Assembly: GCA_030167865.1 (NCBI GenBank)
Contig: JALAGF010006716.1
Location: 1 to 50,376, forward strand
Reading direction: 5' to 3'
Origin: Craspedostauros australis
Lineage: Eukaryota
Length of the DNA stretch: 50,376 nt
The notes below the pieces were generated by a model. The model did no database searches and was not told the origin of the DNA. It worked only from the letters and a program-made list of their open reading frames with translations. Of this stretch, positions 1 through 11,087 are shown in pieces; position 1 is the first letter of the stretch; the number at the start of each line of letters is the position of its first letter. Made by a program: the position numbers and the translations under genes.

Positions 1-1670
1 GACTTCTTCGTGACGCGTTTCGAGTCCGACTTGCCGGCCGCCTTCGCTTTGGCTTTCGTCGATGATTTGGCAGTTGCTGCCTGCACCGCCTTGTGCTGAT
101 CGTAGGCCTCCTTCATGCGCGCCATGTTCTTCTTGGAAATCACGGTGTGCTCCACGACAGGGTACGGATAATTCTTGCCAAGCTGAATGCCCGCAGTCTT
201 CAATATCGCCGGCGGTGCCTTCCATGGTTCGTAGATGTACTTCGCGGGGAGCTTGGACAGTACGGGGAGATGGTGCTTGATGTACTGACCGTCGGGATCG
301 TTCTTCTTTTGGAAAGCGACCGGAGAATAACATCGAAAGTACTGGTAGAAGAAGCCGCTGCAGGACAGCCACAGCCAATTGAAGGTGTTCAAGGCGTAAT
401 CGGCGTCGAGCAGCTCGCCCTCAAAGTGTTCCGCGCCCTTCTCCCAGCTCTGCCACAGGTCGCCTCGCGTGAGGAAACAGGCGACGGCGTGGCGGCCCAA
501 ATGGTGGATCCAGCCTTCGTTGCGCAGCTGCGCCATGCAGGCATCGATCCATGGATACCCTGTCTGCCCTGCCTTCCATGCCGCCAGCAGCTCTCCATCG
601 TCGTCCCACGGCACCTGCCGACAGTACTTGTTGTTGACCATGCCGCCCCAGCTCCCGGCATGTTCCTGGTTGGCGGCGTGCGCGATGAGGTTGTTGAAGT
701 CGCGCCACATGAGCTGGCCGTGCAAGCTGACCGGCGGCTTGGACGGCGTAGCGTGCGTCCGCTCCATGGCGTCGATGATGGCATACCAGAAGGTGCGAGG
801 CGACAAGCATCCCAAGCTCATGTAGGCCGACAGGGCCGTTGTGGATGGCTTTTGCACTTCGGTGCAGGAGGTCTTGGGTTTTTCGAATTTGGCCACCCAG
901 CTGGCGGATTTCATGGACTGGATGAGCTCCTTGACGGCCTGCGACTCGCCGCCGCGCACGATGGGTGTGAGGTTGATGCAGTCTTGCGGTCCCCACACTG
1001 GCGTGACTTGGGATTTGGGAATGCTGCGTGGCCATGGCAAGTCGGTTGGTCGTTTTGGTGGCAAGTATTCCGTTTTGTGCGGATCGGTGTCGGCATCCCA
1101 CGCAGGAAACTTGCTGGCTTTCGGTGCAGGCATTGGTTTAGGTATCTCCGGCATCTTCTTGTTGAGAAGGGTCGTGAATGTTCCCATCGTATTGGGCAGC
1201 GACTTGCCGGCCATGGCGACGTAGGTTGCCAACGGATGCAACGTCTCCGTCGCCATGCCCATCATCTCGACATCGTGCTCCTCGGCGAGCTTGCAGACGA
1301 CCGCGTCGCGTTGTGTCGCGTACGGTTCACCTGTCTCATCTTGCTCGTAGCTGACATGCGTGACACCCCATTGCTGCCACAACCGCGGCAGGATCTCACA
1401 CGGATCGCCGGATGCCACGTAGAGACGCGATCCGCGCTTGCGCAGCGACTTGTCCAGATCTTGCAAGGATTCGACGAGGAAGTTGGCGCGCAGAGCAGTG
1501 CAACGGAACAGCTGGTACGAATCGCCATCCATGACATAGACGGGGTAGAATCGGGATGGCGACTTGTCGAGGGCAGACATCAAGGCGGGATTGTCTCGCA
1601 GTCGAAGACCCTTGCGGAACCAGTGCATGGCGATGGTTTTCGTTGCATTCGCGGAAGCTGAGGGCGCCAT
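1..1670 (-). CDS. CPF1: Cryptochrome/photolyase family 1 ((6-4) photolyase / animal-like CRY), intronless; 3' end runs off the window
   Basis: Hand translation from ATG 1670 gives MAPSASANATKTIAMHWFRKGLRLRDNPAL ... WVAKFEKPKT ... STTALSAYMSLGCLSPR ... GQTGYPWIDACMAQLRNEGWIHHLGRHAVACFLTRGDLWQSWE ... DADYALNTFNWLWLSCSGFFYQYFRCYSP ... YPYPVVEH ... NMARMKEAY. HHLGRH carries the two catalytic His of (6-4) photolyases. It is absent from the ORF track because there is no stop inside the window. Confidence 0.93.
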   Translation of the reverse strand, partial: MAPSASANATKTIAMHWFRKGLRLRDNPALMSALDKSPSRFYPVYVMDGDSYQLFRCTALRANFLVESLQDLDKSLRKRGSRLYVASGDPCEILPRLWQQWGVTHVSYEQDETGEPYATQRDAVVCKLAEEHDVEMMGMATETLHPLATYVAMAGKSLPNTMGTFTTLLNKKMPEIPKPMPAPKASKFPAWDADTDPHKTEYLPPKRPTDLPWPRSIPKSQVTPVWGPQDCINLTPIVRGGESQAVKELIQSMKSASWVAKFEKPKTSCTEVQKPSTTALSAYMSLGCLSPRTFWYAIIDAMERTHATPSKPPVSLHGQLMWRDFNNLIAHAANQEHAGSWGGMVNNKYCRQVPWDDDGELLAAWKAGQTGYPWIDACMAQLRNEGWIHHLGRHAVACFLTRGDLWQSWEKGAEHFEGELLDADYALNTFNWLWLSCSGFFYQYFRCYSPVAFQKKNDPDGQYIKHHLPVLSKLPAKYIYEPWKAPPAILKTAGIQLGKNYPYPVVEHTVISKKNMARMKEAYDQHKAVQAATAKSSTKAKAKAAGKSDSKRVTKK

Positions 1671-2988
1671 GCTTGTGCTGATGGTTGCTGCAGGCGCAGA
1701 TATTGATGAATGTTGTGATATCGGGTGTGTGGCGGAGGAAGCGTCGATCGACTTGCTTGTGTCTTGCTTTGGTTGCTTCCGTTTGTGCTTGCGCCGAGGT
1801 TTGGGTTTGGGAATCTCCGACCAATCAAGTTGGTTTGTTCGCAAGTATGTATTCAATGGATCCTGCTGATGCAGCTGTTTGTCGATAACTTCGTCTAGAG
1901 TTGGGCTGATCTCAGGATGCGATTGCGATGCAAATGGAGCAGTTGTATGCTGACGAAATGCTCTCGTTGATGATCGTGGATGATGCACCCAAGGAGCCGC
2001 AACTGGAAATGCTGACGCAGAGAAGTGACTTGTGGCAAAGTCCGAGAATGCGACTAGTGCAATGACGATTGATGCGGTGATGATGCCCAAGATCAATGAT
2101 GGTATTTGTGTCGATGCCAATGCTAACGCCAATGATGATGATGATGATGAGCAGGTAGAGGTGGATCGGTGGTGGTGGTGTGGTCTTGGGGTTTGTTGTT
2201 CCTTTGGTTGCTCCTTGTGTTGTTGATGTTCCTGCTTCAACCAAACTTGATGTTCCATGTGGAGTGACGCAATCCAGAGCCGGAAGGAGGTCGAGAGCAG
2301 TCTTCGCGGTGGTGGCTGGTATGAGTTGAGTGACAGATTCCTCGGCTGCATGTAGAGTGTGAGGATGCTGACAGGTTTGCATCTCAGCTTTGGTGGTTGA
2401 CAATGAAGCTACGCCTTAACCGCAACCATTGGAACTCAAGGGATCGCCTTCTCAGTACTAATACTCTGGAGCACCATCCTGACTCCAAACCATCTTCGTT
2501 CTCTCTGTGTTGTTGTTTTTGTTGGCACCGCATTTGTCGATGTGATGGGTTAGGACATCAAATTCTTCTGACGTGGTGGATCATCATCGATGATGGAGTG
2601 TCACAACATCACACGACAACACAAACACGATGACACACACTCAGCAGTAGAGAGAGCCAACCGACCAACCACGTCTTCGGTGTGTCGTCCATCACCTTCG
2701 GCTCTGCCGCTTGTCGCAATCAACAGTCTGCCGCGCTCCACGAACTTGAATGTAGCAGTGCTCCACTAATATCTTGGTATAGTGAATAACATGGAGTGTT
2801 CCTACTGCTATTATTGGCGCATACGGATGCACACTTCCACACAAAATGACACCATGCTACGATGACCACATTCAAACTTCCTACTCGCCTCCAAGGCTTC
2901 GTTGTTCGCCCGAGTCTTCGGGACGCTCTCCATGCATACGCATTTGCCGGTCGGCACATCCATCCAATTGTTACGCAACGATTCTCAA

Positions 2989-4583
2989 TCACACGTACGA
3001 CGCGGTCTTGGAGAGCGTCAAAAATGCATCCAACGACTCCTGCGCCGAGGTTGGGTGACTGTCGTTGCTGTTGATGGCACCCGACGGCACCGTGATGCAA
3101 TCGAGGGAGATCTTGGTTCCTGTTGGCACGGAGAGGGAAGCGACGCATAAGTCGGCCAATTCAGATCGACTTATCCGCGTCTGTCGTCCGTACCGTGTTC
3201 CCAACCGATCATCCACATCCAATGCGAAGACTCGATCGGTGCTGCCGTTGCTTGTGTCGTTGTGGGTGATGTCTGCAGTTGTTGCTGTTGTAGATTCGTC
3301 ATCGAACAATCCTCCGGGATGCAGAATGACATGGCCCAATCCGGTCTGTGACAAATCGCGACGATGGCATTGATAGATGGCGGACGATGGGGTCATGATG
3401 GAGAGATTGATGGTTGCGATCACATGTAATCGTGGAGAGCAGTTGGATGGATGGTCAATCACACGTCAGGCGAATAGACAAAAGAACAAGTGAGCGATGG
3501 GAATGCGCGTTGCATTGCATTGATACAGCACAGTACACACAGTCCAAATCGCTCGTTCACACTCCATATGTCGCACAAACTCACCTCCACCAGATACTGT
3601 TCCGCCCGGCGTTTCCAAATCAACAGATTGCCGTGGCCATCCATATCATCATCATTGCCATCGCCGTTACGGTTCTTCTTCTTCCACCACCGCCGCGGAC
3701 GCTTGCCCACCGAATTGAGGAAGTTCTTGGGATCCGTGCCACCCATGCTGGAGATGAGAACGACGTTGTTCATGTCGAGCGACTGCGCCAGCTGAAACTG
3801 ATGCAGCTGCCCGTGGTAATCGACCTTTTCGGGATACCCGCCATGCTTCCACTTGAAGCGCAGGGCCTTGGTATCGAAGGACGGCTGTTGTCGGCGCACG
3901 ATCTTGTTCCACGGCGTGGCCAGGACGGCGCTGACCAACGATCGTCGCGACAGGACGGGCACGGCCGATGTGCAGACGATCATGGCGTGCCAGTCGTTGT
4001 CGGGCAGTTCGGAGGCCGAAGGATGGCGCAGACATGATGGCAGATCCTCGTGAAAGGTGGGGCTGGCAATGTCGGAGATGACAATGTCCTCCAAGGGGCA
4101 GTCGATGTCGGGATCCTGGTAGAGGCGTTTGGCGCTGTGCTCGTCACGGACCAATGCTTTTGGGGAGTACATCGGATCCTTGAGCAGGCGCTGCAGCACG
4201 AGCCGGCCGGTCTTGCCGGCAGCACCTGTGACCAGAACTTTCTTGGGAATCATGGGAGCCGATGCCGACGAAGACTGCGACTGTCGTTGTTGCTGCTTGT
4301 CGTTCTTGGACGCGGAATGCGGCAAGTTGAGCTGGAATCGGTTGTTGAACATGGATGATAGAATCTGAAACGGATTCTGCTGTTGCTGCTGCTGCTCTTG
4401 TGGCGACGATGCGACTGACAGAGCCGTCGAAGATGCAAGTGCCTTGCTTGGTCCGTTCCGAGGCATCCAGGCCTGGACCGGTTGCATCAGCCTCGAAGAC
4501 TCCGAGATCAGCAGAGCGACGCAGCACAGATGGATGAGACGCGCGCCGCGTCGCTGCTGGGACGATTGTGAAAGTGAGGACAT
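2989..4583 (-). CDS. NAD(P)-binding Rossmann-fold (atypical SDR, NAD_binding_10-like) protein, probably plastid-targeted; 2 exons (4583-3585, 3345-2989)
   Basis: Motifs VLVTGAAGKTGRLV, IVCTSAVP, YPEKVDYHGQ, VVLISSMGGT, LLIWKRRAEQYLVE. Phase-0 intron GTGAGT (3584) to CACAG (3346) joins to TGLGHVILHPGGL ... RISRSELADLCV. Signal peptide ending VQA|WMP. The start could instead be ATG 4622 or 4664. Confidence 0.85.
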
Positions 4584-6499
4584 GCTCTGCTTGCGTTGCT
4601 GCTGTTGTTGGCTGGAGCTCATTTGTTGGGCGTCCGTGTCTGCGTTGACTCTTGCAGCCGTCATCGTCTCTTTTTGCTCTTGTGCCTGTGCCTGTGCTGG
4701 TGCTTGCGCTGGTGACGATGCTGGTGGCTGTTGAGGAATGTGGAGGTATTCGAAGGTGAATCGACGCTCTGTCGCTTTGTGACAGGAAATCGTCAATCGA
4801 TGCGAGAAAGTGTGGATCCTCGTGCGACCAGTCCGTTCTTGCGTCCTGCGCTTGTGCTCGTCACAGTGGTATCTTTGGATTTGCCCTCTGATGCAGATGT
4901 TGTGCGTTGTATTTGCGTCAGCTTGGATGTCTTTGGATCTTCACGATGCAGCTGCGGAAAGAAAGACACGTCTTTCTCATGTGCGTTCGGCGATCTTCGT
5001 GGTGCGTTGACACACGAGTGCGGTGTTGTGACAACACGTCAACGAATGAGCAGCTGCCCTGTTGTCTCAAATTGTTCCTCAAGATGATTTGCACTCTCCT
5101 CTCATTCGCCAAAATAGCGCCAACCAGATGGCCAAATTAAACAAGCGAAGCTCCTGAGAGGCTGGAATCACGGTGGTGGCGCGAACAGCACGAGTATGAG
5201 CGATGAATGAACGAAAGAACGACCGAAGAAATGGTCACCCTGCTGTCTCCGTTTTTGACGCTGTCTTTCTTGCGGATGTCGCCGACCACGAATGAGGAGG
5301 TCAGATGAATGAACGTTTGTGGTTTCTTTCCTCTCTCTTTCTTCTTCCTTTTGCTCCTTTCCTGCCGTTCCTGTGGAGTCTTGGCGTGCTGTTGCTCTTG
5401 CTTCACTCTGCTCGTTGGGGTACGGAAGTGCAACCTGTTGACACCACCAATGACCAGGCAGTAGATGGGATGATGATCCACTCTGCAGTAGTTGTCCGCG
5501 TAGAGCACTCGTACCGTGGTCTATTTGACACCAAAAGGTCGGTTTACGCTTTCGGGTCTCGTGAACCGCGAAAAGAGAATCGCAGCAGGCTGATGGCGTC
5601 GTTGGGAGAGCAATCAAAATCTCTCTCTCGTCTTGCGTCAAGTTGTCTTCGCCTTTCTGTTGCGATGATCTTGCTTACGTACTCTGGAAGAGGCTGCCAC
5701 CAAAGAATGCACCCGATCTCTTTCCGTGTCGTCGCTCTTTCCTGTTGTTGTTGTCGTTCATCGCCAGAACATGTCGATGTCGCCAACAACCAGAACGACA
5801 ACGCAGACGCAATCAGTCGGCGCAATTGCCTTCACATCTGCTGCGTGTCAGCGCAGAGTGCTGCTTGTTGGGAGATTTTGGCAGAACATGCGTGTCAACA
5901 AGCCGAGAGACACGCAATCGCATCACACGTCAGCCGTTGGTTAACGGCAGTAATTCGAAATATGGATGACGACATCATGCTACAAAAATGAATATAGAGC
6001 GATGCCAACACTCGCAGCAGCACAGACGAGAGCATCACATGCAGGCCAAAGCATGTTGTTTCGTCTTATCGCTAATTTACAAAGATATTAAATATGATCG
6101 AGCAGCAGAGCAGAGTGCTGTTCATCCCCGCTATGGAGACTGGCTGCTCTGTTCTGTTGTGCTTGTGCTGGAATTGCGTGCCGTGATGTTGCAATGTCGT
6201 AGCCACGTTGCATACGCATGCTATGCCATTGCATTGCGTCATGCCGGAGCTCGTTCGTGCAAGTGCCACTTGGCAAATTGCTTTGTTCCACCTCCCTTTG
6301 TTTCCCTCCCGAGGTGCGTTTGCATGTGTCTGTACATTCGCAAGATCCATTGATGCCTGCCTCACCAATGATACCGGAATCTGTCTCCGTTCCATTGCCA
6401 GGGTCTGCAATCGTTGTGGAATTGTCCTCGTCATCCGTCGGTGCGGTGATTATGGTGGTGTTGGTCTCCGTTGCATTGAGATCAACCTCAGACTCCAGT

Positions 6500-8881
6500 T
6501 CATCGATGACGACGACGACCACGCCTGCGCCCGTTGCCATTTGTTGGTTGGGCGGATGGCATCAGGCTCGGAGCCCCTGTTGGTGAATTCGATGGTGCTC
6601 GAGATGGTGATACTGACGGCATTCCGGTCGAGGTGCTGGATGGCACCATTGACGGCAAAACACTCTTGCTTGCCTTTTGAGGGCGTGTTGGCTCGAAGCT
6701 GACGGATGGAGCATACGAGTTGGTTGGTTTCTGGCTGCTTGACGGCTTCTGGCTGACTGTCGGCCTGACGCTGACGGATGGCGCATACGAGTCGGTTGGT
6801 TTCTGGCTGCCCGTCGGTGCTGGCGAAGGTGCCTTGCTGTTGGTTGGTGCCACCGAGGAGGTCGGCGCTGGCGATGGCTTTGCCGAGACGGTGGGGATGC
6901 TGGTCGGTGCCGGAGTTGGGAACTTGAAGATGAGTTCCGGCCCATTGCCGCCGACGTCGTCGCGGCTAAAGAATACGACGGGCGGTGCGCCGTTCGTCGC
7001 CTCGGTCCGTTCCAAGTAGAGGAAGAGGTTGCCCTTGTTCCTTTGGAGATTGCGGGTGCGCAGGTTTCTTCGTCCGCGGTTGCGGCGTTGGGAGGCAAAT
7101 ACCAAATCCGAGACATCCACCTCGACCGTCGTCTGGGTTGGCTGCAGCTCGAAGGTCGGACCAGTCACAAGCTGCGGGGCCGTCGAGAAGTTGGCACCGA
7201 CAAGATCCTCCACCGGCGTATTATCGTCAAGTTCGACCGCGCTAATAGTGATGTTGACTGGTTGGCTGCCAGCCGGAGAGCTAACGAGCCTCAGCACGGC
7301 CTCCAGCTCACGGTCGAAGATGTTTTCCTCGTGCGGCACTTCCGTCGCATTGAACTTCATGAGTGCGACGATATAGTTGGAACCGTCATTCTGGACGAGG
7401 AGGACTGGTTGCGCTCCCAGCGACGAACCATCTCCGCCCTGCAGTTGGATGGAAGTGTCGGCGTCCGATTTGATTTCCACAAGATCCGGAACATCGATGC
7501 TTGGCTTCGACGATGGCATGCTCGACGGCATTCCGGTTGGTGCGGAAGTTATAGCTTTGCTCGTCGGCACGGAGGTTGGTGATGAAGTGGGTGATAAAGT
7601 GGGTGGCGTGATGGGCATGGATGTCGGCGCTGTGGTGTTATCTGCAGGAGGTGGGCCTGTGGGTGTGACAACTGCGGCGGCTGTCGACGAACTGCCGCCA
7701 TCATCCTTCGATAGGACAACCCCCAGTACCACGGCAAGGATGATCAGCAGACAGCAGATGATTCCACCGATGACCATGAACCTCTTGCGATTGTCTGTCC
7801 ATTCTCTTGGTTTGTCGGGATCGTCTTCATCATCTGGAATTCCTTCTTCGATGTTGTCAGCCTGACTGACAAAGGCTCCACGCTCATCGTCGTCTTCGCT
7901 ATCATCATCGTCCTCGTCTTCTTCGCTATCATCCTCATCGTCGTCGTCGTCGTCATCGTCATCGTCATCTTCATCATCGTCCTCCTGCAAAAAGAGGTGC
8001 GCATTATTATATGTACGATGGAGTGAGGAAAGTGTCAGAACATGTCACAAGCACGATGTCCCAAATGATTCGATTGGAGCAGTGGAACTGAATGGCGCTC
8101 GCGCTGATAGTAATCCCATGATCGTTTGATCCTCTCTTTCCTTCGTTTCCATTGCGTTCTGGTCTTACCTCGCTCGAACCTTCTTCATCATTATCATCAT
8201 CATCTTCTTCTTCTTCTTCGTCGTCGTCGTCGTCGTCATCTTCATCGTCGTCATCCTCCTGCATCGAAAGGGCAGAGTGGTGGCAGATATCGTGGGAGGC
8301 GGATAGTTAGCATCAGTTGGAATGATGCGATTGGAGCAGAAGAGCATGACACCGTCGAGATGACAGAGACAACGAAGAGACCAGAATGGAGTACGAGGAG
8401 AGGAAAGTAGCAGAGCGTCACATGTGAGCGAGAGAGAATCTGCCGCAGATTAGCAATTGTGCACATCGCGGAGATACCAAGTTTGCAAGCACCTTGGAGA
8501 AGTTCGTCTGTCACATGATCATTTGCAACAGGAGTTGAATTGTGCTCTCCCAAATGCAGACATGTAACGCACCTCATCGTCTTCATCATCATCATCTTCA
8601 TCGTCGTCAGTTTCGCCCTCTTCATCCTCATCCTCATCATCATCTTCTTCGTCATCGGTTTCATCATCTTCATCCTCATCATCCTCGTCATCTTCATCAT
8701 CGTCGGTTTCTCCATCTTCGTCATCTTCATCATCGGTTTCTTCGTCGTCCTCATCGTCTTCTTCGTCGTCGGTTTCTTCTTCCTCATCTTGATCGGAGCC
8801 GATGTCTACGGAATCCACATCATCGGAAGAGTAGTTCTCATCTTCGTCGTCGAAGCGTTCTGGCTTTGCTCTCACGACCAT
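6500..8881 (-). CDS. Type II membrane protein: D/E-rich N-terminus, one TM helix, P/T/S stalk, DNRLRE-like beta domain with RXL motifs, second P/S/T stalk; 3 exons (8881-8573, 8258-8169, 7984-6500)
   Basis: Two phase-0 GT-AG introns join three acidic ORF pieces. TM FMVIGGIICCLLIILAVVLGVVL follows RKR. PTxxPT/PSxxPS repeats. SDADTSI ... G ... LLVQ ... ALMKFN resembles DNRLRE-type domains (by eye only). RRNLRTRNLQ. The true 3' end may extend to 6088 (see findings). Confidence 0.8.
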
Positions 8882-9690
8882 CTTGGCTTCTGAGTCTTCT
8901 CGGTTGGACGATGCTGCTATATCTGTTATATCTGCTATATCTGCTGTCTTGTGTTATTTGTGACAGACGCCGCCGTTTCCGCGCAATCAAGATGTTGTGA
9001 TGGGCAGGGCCTGCAGAGCATGGCATAGCAGGGTATTGCCAGAGAGCAGAGCGCAGTTGCAAACTCGTCTCTCTGTTGTGGTCCGCGGAACGGATCTTGG
9101 AGTTGGATGCAGCGATGATTGTGCCTCTTGACGAATGCGAGCTTCCGTGTGTACGACTGGTCATTCCATGATCGCCTTTTCGTTCTTGATTCAGGATTGA
9201 TTCGATGTCGCTCAGCGTGTCTCATGTTGGCGGTGTGACAGAATTTGGGCATCCAACCAGACTCAGTTGGTCGTGCCATGCAGTGTACACGAATACATTT
9301 ATCGCTCGTACGACACGCGAAAATGGCATCCGACAACAAACTCGAAACAATTCGATCCAACGGACGCAAACAATCGATACTTCTCGATGTTGAGACATTT
9401 ATTGTGGTATCATTCTCGGTACTACGATGGCGCCATGGTACCTTTGGTTGGAGTCCGACGAATCAACTGGCCGCGTCCAACAAAAAGTGACTCCAAGAGA
9501 TTTGCGCGAAAAGGGCAGGAACAACAACACCAAACAACCAAGAGACAACAAGAAGGGACAAAGGTATCATCCGCATCCATACAACCATCGTAAGCACCAT
9601 CGTCGCCATCATCGCCATCATCGCCATCATCCAACCAGGAAGCAAGAAAACGAACAGATCAACGACATTTGAAATACAAAACACGGCAAG

Positions 9691-10637
9691 ATGAGCAACC
9701 CGGGAGGATCGTCGATATCTGCTGACCAATTGAAGGCTCGTTATGTTGGCACGGGTGAGTGCGAGGGCAGGCTATCAAGAACTCGTACGAATACAATGGA
9801 GGAGTGCGCAGAACAGAAGGATCTGCGCACCAATGGGATGCCAATGGGCGACGGTCTGAGTGATGGATCGGTAGGGCTTCGATTGGATGATGCTGCTCTG
9901 CGATCGTTTTTCTCAACCATTTTGCACTTCCCATTGTTTGTGTCTCTTCATTGCTGTTGCTCCATCGCACTTGTATTTGCCGCCACTACTTCCACACCAC
10001 AACGACGACGGCCACAATGGTCATGATGATTATGATGGTAACTGTCCGACGTCAAACCGCAACTGATCATCACCAGGGCATGCTGACATGAGCAAATAGT
10101 AAGTATATTCGTCAGACGACCAACGTGTTGCGTATGATACGCGCATGCCATCGATTGCCACCAAGCCAAGCAGGTCCCTACTCTGCAAAGAACCGTGCCC
10201 GCCTCATCTCATCTCATTGTTCCGCTTCATCTTCCACCCCCACTCTCTCTCTATCTCTCTGCGCATCCACATCCTTGATTCTGCACATATTCGACGCCTG
10301 CAGTGACTGGATGACAAATCAACACCGAGATACGTACGCCAGCCATGTTTCGCATTACGATCAGCTTTCGTACTTTGCCGTCGCCCAGAATGAATCCGTC
10401 GGCAGAACCCGAGCTCAGTTCCTGGAGAAGATGATACAGCCGTGCGGACCGTAAGTGTGATGATCTTGCATACTGCACTCCACCCGCTATGCTGCGTGCA
10501 GGAGTTGATGCTTGAATCATGATACACACTCACACTCATTGCTTGCTTTTCGTTCCGCACTTCAATCCACCATCTCGTGTCCCGCGCCACACAGTCCACC
10601 TGCGACGAAAGATTACGCAGCGTTGGCTGAGAAATAG
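9691..10637 (+). CDS. SF3B5: Splicing factor 3B subunit 5 (SF3b10/Ysf3); 4 exons (9691-9754, 10077-10098, 10304-10450, 10595-10637)
   Basis: Spliced product MSNPGGSSISADQLKARYVGTGHADMSKYDWMTNQHRDTYASHVSHYDQLSYFAVAQNESVGRTRAQFLEKMIQPCGPPPATKDYAALAEK matches the SF3b5 signature (YVGTGHAD ... W ... QHRD ... ES ... MIQPCGPPP). All three introns are GT(G/A)AGT...CAG with consistent phases. Confidence 0.93.
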
Positions 10638-11087
10638 AATGTGCATGGCATGAACCCCGTTCGATACAATGAGCTGCACACGAACTACGCTACGCTCATA
10701 TGCAACACCAGTGGCTCGTACTTCCAACGGCAACGACTGCCAGCATTCCAAGACACAGTACGTTTGACTGCGAACAATCGTTTCATGGACGCACCCCAAT
10801 ATACAATCTCAGTACTTCACATAGTAGCATCGCGCGACACACGTCTATCTGACTTGTGCGTACATCAACTCAACTACTACGCAATCAGACTCATCACACA
10901 CTACTTCCAATTGATCTGTTTCTATTTTTACATTTTTATTTTGTGGGAATTGCAGCCTGGCCCGCGAATTTAGCGGGCACACCGTGACGTTTGGCCGAGC
11001 CGCTCCTTCCATCTCTTCATTCATCTCGTTGCTGTTCCCCACCTGGCGGCGCCTTCGTCTTCCTTCATTTCTCGCTTGGTGCGAGAC

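Noticed and set aside
93..1661. 522-aa plus-strand ORF
   Set aside because: Antisense shadow of the CPF1 CDS, with no motifs of its own.
1912..2403. 163-aa minus ORF with a poly-Ile 'TM' segment
   Set aside because: Non-ATG start, and the hydrophobic run is a (GAT)n microsatellite.
5137..5825. Possible spliced secreted protein on the minus strand (donor about 5678, acceptor about 5521)
   Set aside because: The signal-peptide-like frame has no in-frame ATG (a stop lies just upstream), and alternative splice frames give nothing recognisable.
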